A stretch of DNA of 64,000 bases from Candidatus Sumerlaeales bacterium (GTDB lineage: Bacteria; Sumerlaeota; Sumerlaeia; Sumerlaeales; Sumerlaeaceae). Positions 49,922-63,371 of the stretch are shown piece after piece (position 1 is the stretch's first letter; each line of letters opens with the position of its first letter). Under the pieces are notes generated by a model. That model saw only the letters and a program-made list of their open reading frames with translations, was not told the origin of the DNA and ran no database searches. The stretch lies in NCBI GenBank assembly GCA_038243585.1, contig JBBSQY010000010.1, forward strand, positions 19,802 through 83,801, in the 5' to 3' direction. Made by a program: the position numbers and the translations under genes.

Positions 49922-50303
49922 TCTGCGTTTATGACCTATCAGGCGGTTGACGCGTGGCAAGCGGTTTCTTAATGAGTCAATGCTGCTGCTCACTTTCGCG
50001 CTGTATTATTTCTGTAAGTGGTCCCGAAACACCATTATTTCCATCTCTAGAGGTTTAGATTCACAATATGATCTTCTCGAAACTCTCTCTTAGTGATGGC
50101 CTGCGATGAATCCCGGTTTGTACCGGGGATGAGCTAATAATCCGAGGTCACTTCTTAATCGAGATACACTGGGAAAAAACTTTTTCCCTCGACGGCGCGC
50201 AGTATCATCGCCGGTTCACCCGGACCTGACTCCCCTACTTCATCAGAGGATACACAGCGCCTTACCATGAAGAAAAATTGCGCGGATGTACGGCGGAAGA
50301 AAG

Positions 50304-50389
50304 TGGTGTCGGGGATGGGACTTGAACCCACACGAGGTTGCCCCCGCCAGCCCCTCAAGCTGGTGCGTCTGCCATTCCGCCACCCCGAC
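50304..50389 (-). tRNA. tRNA-Leu (anticodon GAG), CCA encoded
   Basis: Minus strand GTCGGGGTGGCGGAATGGCAGACGCACCAGCTTGAGGGGCTGG..GGTTCAAGTCCCATCCCCGACACCA with a long variable arm. Confidence 0.97.
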
Positions 50390-50590
50390 CCGGGGCACTA
50401 ATATACTACAGAGGAAGCCACGCCAAAGGCCGCAGCAGGCGTATATACTCATGCTTGCAGCTTATATTTTTCTTCGCTACAGCAAACCTGAAAAAGCGCT
50501 GGCTTTGCTTCACTGACTCTGTTAAGGGTGTGATGTTCTATTGTTTTCCGCAGTCGTTGCAGCATAGATTTTCTTTAATTTTAGAAGGGG

Positions 50591-51217
50591 TTATCTAGTG
50601 GGTCGCTCTGCGCCCGGATATGGTGTGGGCGCAACATACTGCCTGCGCCCCTTCGGCCATTCCACGCGCGTTGACTCAGTTGTCTCCTCACCGTGGTTTT
50701 TTAATGCAACAGCCGCTGCCTTCGCCTTCCTGAAATCCACCCCGTCAAACCGCACTGTCACCGGCTTCGTGAAAAAATCACCCTCCACCTTACCCAGCCG
50801 CCGCCCCTTGCCTGGCGAGATTTGCACCGCCACAATCCCACTTGATTGGGCGTCCTCTAACTGGATGTTTGTTCCGTAATGCGGACGATCTGCATCCCAC
50901 GTCTCATGCAACGTTGTAGAAGTTCCAATGACTTTATCCTTCAGCGACAGAACAGCCGCTTTCACTGTCGCCCCCGACACCGCACCGCCTGTTATACTAC
51001 TCACCGTCACCCGCAAATAGTGTGACTCATTCTCTGCCACATCTCGCCAACTGAGTGTTTTTCCATCAAAATCAAAATATGGCCGCGGCGCCTCAATTTC
51101 CAGATTTATAGAAATCTTCATCTCTTCTGAGGTTGTCGTATACTGCGCCGCTGCCTCGGCCACGCTTCCAGCCAGCACAGTTATCATCACTATAACCAGC
51201 AAAACTTTAATTAGCAA
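50591..51217 (-). CDS. periplasmic protein resembling the Tp34/p19/FetP iron-transport family, with degenerate ligands
   Basis: Signal peptide, ESHYLRV, HYGTNIQL, VQISP..RR..G.FF.KPVTVRF. GGAGG RBS suggests a TTG start at 51217. Confidence 0.55.
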   Translation of the reverse strand: MLIKVLLVIVMITVLAGSVAEAAAQYTTTSEEMKISINLEIEAPRPYFDFDGKTLSWRDVAENESHYLRVTVSSITGGAVSGATVKAAVLSLKDKVIGTSTTLHETWDADRPHYGTNIQLEDAQSSGIVAVQISPGKGRRLGKVEGDFFTKPVTVRFDGVDFRKAKAAAVALKNHGEETTESTRVEWPKGRRQYVAPTPYPGAERPTR

Positions 51218-51232
51218 ACTCGTAACCTCCAT

Positions 51233-51275
51233 AAAAAAAGCGGGTTGCCCCTTGATCACTCAAGAAACAACCCGC
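51233..51275 (-). terminator. intrinsic terminator downstream of eno
   Basis: Minus strand GCGGGTTG..CAACCCGC stem followed by TTTTTTT. Confidence 0.85.
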
Positions 51276-51294
51276 CACACTTACTCCGCCTGCG

Positions 51295-52662
<1,368 letters not shown>

Positions 52663-53301
52663 TCATACCCCTATCTCCTCTGATCAGCATTCAAAGTTGC
52701 CGTTAAGCACCCATGCGGGAATAGGCAGACCCGTTTCATTCCCCCAACGTTTCCTGAACCTTAATTTAAATTAAAGTGCGGAGACGCATTAAAAATCATC
52801 ATATTCCACAATCATCACACCAACATAAGACGCATTCAACCCGGTCCTCTTTGTCGTCAAAACGGTCACAAAAGAAATTTACAGGTTATTAAGCCCAAAC
52901 AACTCGCAGAGCCAGCACCCATATAGCCAAGCGCCCCAAAACCATCGAAATGGGCAAAAGGCCGCTCGACTTTGGCCCATATAGGAATCCGCAGAAAAAC
53001 TATTATGTTATAACTGGAGCGAAAAACGGATAGACTGGAAATCACCAAATTACAATTTATTAACGCCCATCCTCATGCCGAATATCTGCGGTTGCCGTAT
53101 ATACGATTCTGGGGGTTGAGGCGTGTCGTTGCGCGACGCTCGGTTCGTCGACGCTGTCCGCCGATGTGTCGAGGTACGGCGGGTTTTAGCCTGCCTCCTC
53201 AAATAAAGGAAAAAAAACTCGGTAACAAAATCCGGTTTTTTGAACCAGCCCTGCTTATACCAGCCCATTTTAAGTGAAGCACCACCGAAAGGAACACAAT
53301 C

Positions 53302-55416
<2,115 letters not shown>

Positions 55417-55448
55417 CTTTACACCACTTTTCTCCTAATAATAAACTA

Positions 55449-55483
55449 AAAACTCCGGGCCGCATATGCGACCCGGAGTTTTT
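55449..55483 (+). terminator. intrinsic terminator after fusA
   Basis: AAAACTCCGGG..CCCGGAGTTTTT. Confidence 0.9.
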
Positions 55484-55598
55484 CTGTGGTAAAGATGCAA
55501 TATCTCAGAGAACTTTCCTGAAATATATAAGCCATATCAGCGGGCGTATTGTTCTGAATTATTGGCATCGACAAGGTAAACTGAACCACTACTTTACA

Positions 55599-57191
55599 AT
55601 GCCCCTATTGCGATCCCACGTCATAGTATTCGTGTTCTTGGCTTTCCAGTCTGAGTTTAAAGCCCTCGCAGACACAATCGTATTGCACGGAGGAAGAACG
55701 GTCTCTGGAAAAATCGTGGCCGAGACCTCGCGCTCCGTCACAGTGGAAAGTCCCAATGGCCGGTTTACGTTTGCACGGGAAAAGATTTTATCTGCCACAA
55801 AAGAATCCCCCGTTCAGAATCAAATCCGGGAATTTGAGGCGCTATTGTCTAAGGGAAACATTGATTCCGCCATGGCAGTGTTCCAAGACAACAAGCTTTC
55901 CTCATTATTAACATCGGATAATCTAACCAGAATCTTGATCAATCGGCTGGAACCTGTCGCCACAGGAGCTATTTCAACGTCTCCGACCGCAGCATTACTG
56001 GCAAACCAGCTAATCGCAAAAAATACTTCGTCTCCTGAAATTTTGCTTTTTGCAGCCGCGTTAGCTGTTGATTCTGAAGTTCCGGAAACCGCTGTCAGCC
56101 TCTTGCAACAGATTGAGTTGACTGTTAATAAGCCGCTGATATGGTCTGCCACGACGGTGCATTCGCTGCTAAGCCGAATAGCAGACGGCGCAATTCGCAG
56201 AAAATACGGAACAGTCGTCGCCCTGCTTACGTCCGTGCAGAACCGGCTACCACTACCGTCTGATTTACTCCAAAACGATTCTCTGACTGTATACGGACAG
56301 ATAGATGAGCTAACCCGTAAAAAACAATTTTTGCAGGCTACCTCAATGTTTCGTCCTGATTTGTTCCTTCGCAGGGCAGATTTGTTTACTCCTTTGGCGG
56401 AGCGATTGCTGATTGCTATTCTCGCCGCACCGCCGACTAATTCCTCGCTGGCCGCGCTGGAATCCGCCAAGGTCTCTGTCATGCCGTATGTTGATAAAAC
56501 AGTTCGCTTGCGCTGTATGAAAATACTGATAAATCGACTGATAGAAACAAAGAGATCGATCGACGCACAAGCAATTGTCGATCAAACCGCAACACAGGAT
56601 TCGGACCTCGGTGCCACTCTTCAGCATCTGGTTGATTTTCAACAACGCCGTCTCACTCTGACAAACGACCAGCCAATGGAAATGTATAAGCTAGCCGCAC
56701 GGGGAAAATCCATGGGGCTGCTAAGTGAGTCTCGATCTATATTTGCGGCCCTCCAGTCAGACCCGCGGTTTTCAGAAACAGCAAGCCTACAATTGGCCGT
56801 AATAGATAACCTCCTGGTACAAGCACAATTCCGACAGCTGCAACGACTTTATGACTCTGACGATCTGGATCAGCTGAAAACTGAAGCGGCGGCTTTTTTA
56901 AATGCATCGCCACCAGATGAGTTTGCTCAGCAGACACGCAATTTGCTCCAGTTGGCGGACTTTCAAAACTGGAACGCTGATCGTTCCTCCCAAGGCAAGG
57001 CGGAAGCGGAGTACCAGCAGGCGGAACGCCTCGTCAACCGCGGCGAATATGATAGCGCGTTGGTTCACCTAAATCGAATTCAAATAGATCGGGAAGCTTC
57101 GGACGCCGCGACCAAGACTGAGAAATTAAGAAACCGGATTATGAAAGAAAAGTTAAAGAATCAGGTTAGGCCTCCAGACTTAACTCCTTAA
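55599..57191 (+). CDS. hypothetical secreted alpha-helical (TPR-like) protein
   Basis: Signal peptide ..ALAD, N-terminal DTIVLHGGRTVSGKIV module, then helical repeats. Confidence 0.65.
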   Translation: MPLLRSHVIVFVFLAFQSEFKALADTIVLHGGRTVSGKIVAETSRSVTVESPNGRFTFAREKILSATKESPVQNQIREFEALLSKGNIDSAMAVFQDNKLSSLLTSDNLTRILINRLEPVATGAISTSPTAALLANQLIAKNTSSPEILLFAAALAVDSEVPETAVSLLQQIELTVNKPLIWSATTVHSLLSRIADGAIRRKYGTVVALLTSVQNRLPLPSDLLQNDSLTVYGQIDELTRKKQFLQATSMFRPDLFLRRADLFTPLAERLLIAILAAPPTNSSLAALESAKVSVMPYVDKTVRLRCMKILINRLIETKRSIDAQAIVDQTATQDSDLGATLQHLVDFQQRRLTLTNDQPMEMYKLAARGKSMGLLSESRSIFAALQSDPRFSETASLQLAVIDNLLVQAQFRQLQRLYDSDDLDQLKTEAAAFLNASPPDEFAQQTRNLLQLADFQNWNADRSSQGKAEAEYQQAERLVNRGEYDSALVHLNRIQIDREASDAATKTEKLRNRIMKEKLKNQVRPPDLTP

Positions 57192-58512
57192 TCTTTCGAA
57201 GCAAGGTTCTCCGGCTAATGCCGAGCTGTTCCGCAGCCCGGGTGCGATTACCGCCACACGAAACCAACGTTCGCTCGATAACAAGGCGCTCGACCTGATC
57301 CAGCGGCACACCTAACGGAACCACAAGGGCTCCCGCCTGTCCTGACATAAGCGCTTCGGGTAATTCTTCCAGATCAATAGATGCCGAGGTGGAAAACAGA
57401 ACCAGATTCTCAACAACGTTCCGCAGCTGACGGACGTTTCCCGGCCAGTGATACTGCATAAGTTTCTGTAATGCTTTTTTCGATATATCGAGCTTTGTTT
57501 TTCCGTGCTCTTCCGCAAAATGATCAAGAAAAACCCTGATCATCAGAGGGATATCCGCTGCTCGTGCGCGCAACGGCGGAATAGTCACATGAACAACATT
57601 TAATCGATAATACAAATCTTCCCGGAACCGTCCTTCTTCTACCTCTTCCGCCAACACTCGGTTAGTAGCCGCCACGACTCTAACGTCCACCTTGACTGGC
57701 TCAATGCCGCCCACTCGAAGGAACTCCCGGGATTCAAGCACCCTCAAGAGTTTTACCTGCGTAGTCAACGGAATTTCTCCCACTTCATCCATAAATACGG
57801 TGCCACCATGGGCCAGCTCAAAAAGCCCTTTGCGCTGTTGGTTCGCTCCGGTAAACGCTCCCTTTTCATGACCAAAAAGCTCGCTTTCCATGAGTGACTC
57901 GCTCAGCGCCGCACAGTGTATGGGAACCATCGGCTTGTTTGCGCGACTACTGTTTTTATGAATAGCCCGTGCTACCAGTTCCTTACCTGTTCCACTCTCC
58001 CCTTCCACCAGCACAGTTGCGCGAGTATCAGCAATCGCCCGCAATCGGTCAATAAGCTGCTGCATCTCCTTTGTCTCACCCAGCATTTCCTCAAATCCAT
58101 AACGGCGGTCAATCTGCTTACGCAGCTCAACATTCTCCTTTCGAAGGGCCATGACTTCCATGGCTTTACTTACCTGGGCGCGCAATTCGTTTAGGTTAAC
58201 GGGTTTTGTAAGGTAAGTAAATGCGCCTTTCTGTAATGCATCAACGGCAGATTCCACAGTTCCAAACGCCGTTAAAATAATTACCAGCGGCGGCGTGAGT
58301 TTTTCCTGCGCACGATCCAAAACTTCCAGTCCATCTTTATCGGGCATTCGCAGATCTGTCACTACTACATCAACGTTTCGTTCGTCGAGGACAGTCAGGG
58401 CTTCTTCCCCGCCGTGCGCTAGTATCACTTCATAGGCACTCTTAATAAAACCTGCCTGCAGACTAGCCAGGTTGCTTTCGCTGTCATCTACCAATAGTAA
58501 AACGTTTGCCAT
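57166..58512 (-). CDS. sigma-54-dependent response regulator (NtrC/AtoC family)
   Basis: DLRMP, GESGTGKE, GAFTGA, FREDLYYRL, WPGNVRQL and a Fis-type HTH. Confidence 0.95.
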   Translation of the reverse strand: MANVLLLVDDSESNLASLQAGFIKSAYEVILAHGGEEALTVLDERNVDVVVTDLRMPDKDGLEVLDRAQEKLTPPLVIILTAFGTVESAVDALQKGAFTYLTKPVNLNELRAQVSKAMEVMALRKENVELRKQIDRRYGFEEMLGETKEMQQLIDRLRAIADTRATVLVEGESGTGKELVARAIHKNSSRANKPMVPIHCAALSESLMESELFGHEKGAFTGANQQRKGLFELAHGGTVFMDEVGEIPLTTQVKLLRVLESREFLRVGGIEPVKVDVRVVAATNRVLAEEVEEGRFREDLYYRLNVVHVTIPPLRARAADIPLMIRVFLDHFAEEHGKTKLDISKKALQKLMQYHWPGNVRQLRNVVENLVLFSTSASIDLEELPEALMSGQAGALVVPLGVPLDQVERLVIERTLVSCGGNRTRAAEQLGISRRTLLRKIKELSLEA

Positions 58513-58594
58513 TGTTACCCTTTTCTGATGTGCAGTGCAATTTATGCAGTAGGTCGTGTGAAGATGCTAAGTCAGAGATAGTTGATGTGCGTGT

Positions 58595-60022
58595 TTATGC
58601 TTTAGAAGGCCATGCCCACTTACTTCCGGCGATGTCTGCGTCGGAAGATGGTTCCACCTGCGGCGCAAATCGGGGTAGTTCCATGAAAAACGTGGCGCCG
58701 AGGGCTTCATGGTTATTAGCTGCCCACATTTTTCCATTATGCTCCTCCAGAATCTTGCGGGCGATAGCAAGTCCAAACCCGGACCCCCCTTTGCGCGTAC
58801 TGTAAAACACCTCGAAGATACGAGGTAAATTATCAGCGGAAATCCCTGGCCCGGAGTCTGATATGGAAAGCCGGAAATAATCTTTCGGCCGCGGCGAAAT
58901 CTCGATTTTAATTGATTTTTTAACGCTGCCGTTGAGAATTTGGATTGCATTAAGCAAGACGTTGCGGATTGCCTGATGCAACAGGTGCCGGTCTGCCTCC
59001 ACTATTGTGGTCGTTGCTGGTGGAGATTCCAGCTCGATACTAACGCCCTGAGCCTTTGCCTGCTCCGCATGAGAATCTATAATGTCTTCAACAAGACCCC
59101 GGAGAGGGAAATGTGAGTAGCCTTCCTTGCGAGGCAGTGCAAAATCTAAGAAGTTAGTGAGGGTGCTGTTTAATTGCGCCACCTCATTCTGAACGCGACG
59201 AGATAGTTCGCCGGTGCGGACCGCGATATCCGAATCTAAATCAGCTAAGTCTTCTCGAATCACTTCAAGATTGACGTTCATAGCGCTTAATGGATTTCGG
59301 ATTTCGTGGGCCAGACCGCTGGCTAATGTCCCAACATACGCCATTCGATCAAGCCGAGCGTTGTTTTCCTGAAGCTGAAGCTGGCGGAAAAAAAATCTCC
59401 ATAAAATATAAAAAATTCCCAGCAAGCACAGCAGCATGAGGAGGCACCCTAGAATCAAGGCGCGCGTAATCTGCTGGCTGCTTTCCTCGATCTTAACAAA
59501 TGTTGGCGATTCGAGTATCCGAAGCTGAATGCGTCCTTCTTTTCCGTCGCCCATTAGTATAGGAGTTGATATGTCAGTTGTATTTTCAGGTTTTGAAACT
59601 ACATCGACTTTTAGGTCTTTGCCGTCAGGCAATTCAATATTGTAGACACCCTGAGATGTGCCGCCCCTCTGCAGGTGAGCTTTGCCGCCAAACTCCTCGA
59701 TGTATCTGTCGCCATTGGGAGAAATTATTGCCGCCAGAACCAGAGAGTCGTTCAAAGAAAGATTTACCTGTGTCACGGCGCGCAGCCCCGCCTGCACGGC
59801 TGGATCTTCAAAATCTTCGCTGTTATGCGCCAACATTATTTCTCGAACCGCAACTGCCATGGATCGAGCCTGCTCCTGAGCCAGCTTCACCGCGTTTTGA
59901 ACAGTTGTTTTCTGCAGCGAATTGATGTAATAGCTGATGCCCGCAAAGGTCATAAATATTAACGTGAGAGCACAGGCAGCGTAGGTGACCACAAGCTTTT
60001 GCCTAAATGTAAGCCGGATCAT
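58595..60022 (-). CDS. membrane-bound sensor histidine kinase
   Basis: Two TM segments flanking a periplasmic domain; AHEIRNPL, DSGPGI, GSGFGL. Confidence 0.92.
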   Translation of the reverse strand: MIRLTFRQKLVVTYAACALTLIFMTFAGISYYINSLQKTTVQNAVKLAQEQARSMAVAVREIMLAHNSEDFEDPAVQAGLRAVTQVNLSLNDSLVLAAIISPNGDRYIEEFGGKAHLQRGGTSQGVYNIELPDGKDLKVDVVSKPENTTDISTPILMGDGKEGRIQLRILESPTFVKIEESSQQITRALILGCLLMLLCLLGIFYILWRFFFRQLQLQENNARLDRMAYVGTLASGLAHEIRNPLSAMNVNLEVIREDLADLDSDIAVRTGELSRRVQNEVAQLNSTLTNFLDFALPRKEGYSHFPLRGLVEDIIDSHAEQAKAQGVSIELESPPATTTIVEADRHLLHQAIRNVLLNAIQILNGSVKKSIKIEISPRPKDYFRLSISDSGPGISADNLPRIFEVFYSTRKGGSGFGLAIARKILEEHNGKMWAANNHEALGATFFMELPRFAPQVEPSSDADIAGSKWAWPSKA

Positions 60023-60420
60023 CTGTCGGGCCCGGCCGGCTCATTCGAAGAATGAAGCTCCTTCTCCAGTGCCAGCTTTAATTCTTGAGCAGCATACCTT
60101 TCAGCGCTACGTGCCATATCTCCAAGGTCTCGGACCGATAAGATAAGCAGTACAAACGACAAAATCATTAGTGCGCAAACATATATCAGCAGCTGACGAG
60201 CCGTATTAAGCTGAAGTATCCCATGTGATTCCGCGACAATGAGCAAACCTACACAAAAAATAAGCGCCGCCATTATTAGTCTTCGTCGCAGGCGCACAGG
60301 ATTACGGAGCCAGGGCACATCGATTTCTTTTCGCCGATAAACAAAGGTTTCCCAGATCACCAACGAAACAGCGACAACAATAATACCATATCCGAAAAAT
60401 TGAGCAACAAGAGCGTTCAT
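60019..60420 (-). CDS. hypothetical membrane protein (3 TM), coupled to the kinase gene
   Basis: Three hydrophobic segments; its stop overlaps the kinase ATG (ATGA). Confidence 0.7.
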   Translation of the reverse strand: MNALVAQFFGYGIIVVAVSLVIWETFVYRRKEIDVPWLRNPVRLRRRLIMAALIFCVGLLIVAESHGILQLNTARQLLIYVCALMILSFVLLILSVRDLGDMARSAERYAAQELKLALEKELHSSNEPAGPDR

Positions 60421-60465
60421 GGCAGTATTGGTCCACTACTGGAGCGGTATATTATTTTAGTTACC

Positions 60466-61443
60466 TCAAGCCGCGGATGATTCGGCTTCGACCAAACCCT
60501 GGATATATTCCACCTCGCGACGCAGTCCGTCTTCCAATGTTACTTGTGGAGAAAAGTTAAAATCCTTTACTGCATCGCTAACATCAGCACCAGTATTTGT
60601 CACGTCCCCAAGTTGCACATCTTCCCGAATTATATTTGCTTTACGACCAGCGAGCTGCTCGATCAGCTCAATAACGTTGTTCATGGATATCCGTGTGCCG
60701 CCGCCAATATTATATATGGCTCCTGGAGTGCCCTTCATTCCGGCAAGGATATTAGCTTCAACTATATCACTAACATACGTAAAATCCCGGCTTTGCAAAC
60801 CGGAGCCAAAAAGGCGAAATGTCTCACCGGTGAGTATGCTGCGAATTATACGATGAAATGCCATGTCTGGGCGCTGGCGGGGACCATATACGGTGAAGTA
60901 CCGAAGCGATACGGTTTCGACGCCAAAATTGTGATGGTACAGACACATCAAATTTTCAGCGGCAAGTTTGCTCACTCCATAAGGAGATACTGGACGCGTC
61001 AAATCTGTTTCTTTCATTGGAAAACGGTCGGTCTCGCCATAAACTGAGGAAGATGACGCGTATACAACGCGAATTCCTGGCCGCTGCTTACACGCTTCTA
61101 AAAGCTTCTGGGTGGCAAGAATGTTATTATGCGTATAGATTTCAAAATCCTTACCCCAACTAGCCCGGACACCAGCCTGCGCCGCCTGATGGTATACTAC
61201 ATCCACATCGTTGAGAATGGCGTGCCCGTCAGAATTCGGAGATTCAAACAGGTCACAAATATCTTTTTCGATTAGTTTGAAATTAGAATTTTCGCCGGAC
61301 CTGGCGAGATTTCGTTCCTTAAGTGCGCGAGGATAATATGGCACAAAGCAATCAATTCCCACAACTTTGTGATTAAGCTCTAATAACCGGTCTGATAAAG
61401 TGGAACCAATAAAGCCGGCAGCGCCGGTTACAAGACAACGCAA
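60466..61443 (-). CDS. NAD-dependent nucleotide-sugar epimerase/dehydratase
   Basis: LVTGAAGFIGS, AAQAGVR, ASSSSVYG, YGVSK, RYFTVYGPRQRPDMA. TTG start 61443 with upstream GAAGGGA. Confidence 0.92.
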   Translation of the reverse strand: MRCLVTGAAGFIGSTLSDRLLELNHKVVGIDCFVPYYPRALKERNLARSGENSNFKLIEKDICDLFESPNSDGHAILNDVDVVYHQAAQAGVRASWGKDFEIYTHNNILATQKLLEACKQRPGIRVVYASSSSVYGETDRFPMKETDLTRPVSPYGVSKLAAENLMCLYHHNFGVETVSLRYFTVYGPRQRPDMAFHRIIRSILTGETFRLFGSGLQSRDFTYVSDIVEANILAGMKGTPGAIYNIGGGTRISMNNVIELIEQLAGRKANIIREDVQLGDVTNTGADVSDAVKDFNFSPQVTLEDGLRREVEYIQGLVEAESSAA

Positions 61444-61495
61444 AGCAGCGTATCCCTTCGAACACAATTGATAATGTGAATATGGACATTCGTAT

Positions 61496-62347
61496 TTATT
61501 GCGAAGTCTCTCCACTCAATTTTTTAACGTCATCAGGATTGTCCAAGTCAACCCTATTTGCCGCCCCGGATGACGAATTCTCTTTTTTGGTAGAAGTTGG
61601 CTCTTTAATTTCTGGTACAGGGAGCAATCCTGTTCCGGTTTTCGAGCTTGCAGAACCTGGAACTGCAGTCGTGGCGCCCAAACCGGATGGATTATTATTA
61701 AGTATAATAGCCGCAGGTTTTTGCCCAGGTGCCAGCGTCTTCTTTTCCAGAGGGACATTGCCTTGTGTTGCCCCACCTGAAGACCGCACATAAGTTGAAG
61801 CTCCACCGCCGGAACCGACCCGCATCTGAAATTTACCGTTGACGTTGACCACTGAAATAATTCGTCCTGCTGTCTCCGTTACTTTTCCCTGTGCGTCACG
61901 CTGGTAAACAATAGGTTTCCCTTGGAACTCACCTTCCTGAGTTTCGGGATTATACTTGAAAATCTGACATGTAATAATCATCTCACCCATGCGCACTACG
62001 ACGCGCTTGCCTGTGGCAACCAGCGAGCTATTAAGGGTAATATAATCCATTTCGTCGGAGTTTAGTGTCATATCCTCGCTGGCAAAAATAACGCCCCGTT
62101 TGGCTGTGATGGACTCTAATTCTTTCGTAACTTCGTCAAATGTATAGATTAATTCACCGACGTTTTCATCCACCATCAGGGTGAATGGTTTTTCGCCACC
62201 CATTAATCCGCCCTGTCCTTGTCCCTCCGCGGCTTCTTTAACAGCTGGCATTGCCGGCTGACTGGTTTTGGATTGCTGTTGGGCATAAACAGCCAGATTT
62301 GCCGTGCTTGCCAGAAGTAATGACGCCAAGATAAGGTGCCTGAGCAT
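61496..62347 (-). CDS. LptA/OstA-like periplasmic beta-jellyroll protein
   Basis: Signal peptide; repeated beta-strand pattern (LNSDEMDY, LVATG..VVV, FQGKPIVYQ); follows the LptC-like gene. Confidence 0.6.
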   Translation of the reverse strand: MLRHLILASLLLASTANLAVYAQQQSKTSQPAMPAVKEAAEGQGQGGLMGGEKPFTLMVDENVGELIYTFDEVTKELESITAKRGVIFASEDMTLNSDEMDYITLNSSLVATGKRVVVRMGEMIITCQIFKYNPETQEGEFQGKPIVYQRDAQGKVTETAGRIISVVNVNGKFQMRVGSGGGASTYVRSSGGATQGNVPLEKKTLAPGQKPAAIILNNNPSGLGATTAVPGSASSKTGTGLLPVPEIKEPTSTKKENSSSGAANRVDLDNPDDVKKLSGETSQ

Positions 62348-62472
62348 AATATGTGGTACTCCGTAGAGACGGCATGGCCATCCAAAATGAAATTCAGTAA
62401 AATTGCTTCCCTAAACAACAAACCTGTAACCGAAAGATGTTCAACGACTAATAAAATTGAAAGACCTAAAAA

Positions 62473-63216
62473 CTAACGCAAATTCGGTGCTTCCAAGCGA
62501 GGAGGTAGTTCTATAAGTGGAGGTCTAACTGGTTTGTTCTTACCAATTTCTTCTACCTGATCACGCCATACCTCAAACCGTTCTTCCAATTCCTGCCTTT
62601 TGACGACAGGATCCCCGTCCAATTCGGTTGTTATTATACCAGTTTTTACGACAAAACGAGTGAGATCCTGCGCTGCTTCAAAACTTTTTCCTGACTGTCG
62701 TACCGGCGTCTTCCCTTTTGGCAGCAACATCATACTGTAGGAGGCAGGACTCTTAAATTTTTGTTCGCTCTCATCCCAAATTATTAGTTCAGAGTTAAGC
62801 TGCAGCGAATCGGTCGTCGGATCATCTTTTTGAGGATTTCGATAGAGAACATTACCTGCAAACTTCATGTCGTTCCTGGTGATGTCTTCAGCGGGACGAT
62901 CGGCAAGATATATCTGGCCAAGGTCTGCCTGCGTTACGCTGCGCGTTGCCTTGTCTTCCCCTATTGCCGTAACCTGAATTTCTTTAATAGTTAATTCATT
63001 TTCAGTCTGCGAAAATATAGACTGCTTTCCAAAAACCCTCTGCTGTACCAACCCGCCGGATGTCATATCTGCAGAAATGTTGGTTAGCACGATATCGGCC
63101 CGGGTATCTTTCTCAGGCGCTACGGACTCTGTGCCGACAAACTGCATGTCGGTACAGCCGATAAGCAAACCCAATGTCATAAACGCCGCTGTAAACCGGA
63201 CGTATCGATATTTCAT
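62473..63216 (-). CDS. LptC-like LPS export protein, probable lipoprotein
   Basis: Lipobox LLIGC, ADLGQIY, FAGNV, LNSELIIWD. Start at MKYRY (63216). Confidence 0.6.
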   Translation of the reverse strand: MKYRYVRFTAAFMTLGLLIGCTDMQFVGTESVAPEKDTRADIVLTNISADMTSGGLVQQRVFGKQSIFSQTENELTIKEIQVTAIGEDKATRSVTQADLGQIYLADRPAEDITRNDMKFAGNVLYRNPQKDDPTTDSLQLNSELIIWDESEQKFKSPASYSMMLLPKGKTPVRQSGKSFEAAQDLTRFVVKTGIITTELDGDPVVKRQELEERFEVWRDQVEEIGKNKPVRPPLIELPPRLEAPNLR

Positions 63217-63371
63217 CTTCGCATCCTTACCCATTTCGCCGATCACAATTGTGCATAAAACGAAATTCGTCACATGATTGTCAACTTTTCCGCTTTTAAG
63301 CACGTCAAATTTGTTGAACACTGGAATTTGGTTGTACTTGTAATGACTGAAATCAGACGGGTCGGGATGTT

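Noticed and set aside
50095..50245. Possible SRP RNA or yybP-ykoY-like element (minus strand GGGGAGTCAGGTCCGGG)
   Set aside because: Lacks the SRP GGAAGGAAGCAG loop and the rest of the yybP-ykoY consensus
57166..57191. Overlap of convergent gene ends
   Set aside because: Short 3' overlaps are common and there is no evidence of function
63320..63340. Sigma-54 promoter upstream of pilC (TGGAAT..TTGT)
   Set aside because: Spacing is one base short and the -12 GC is missing
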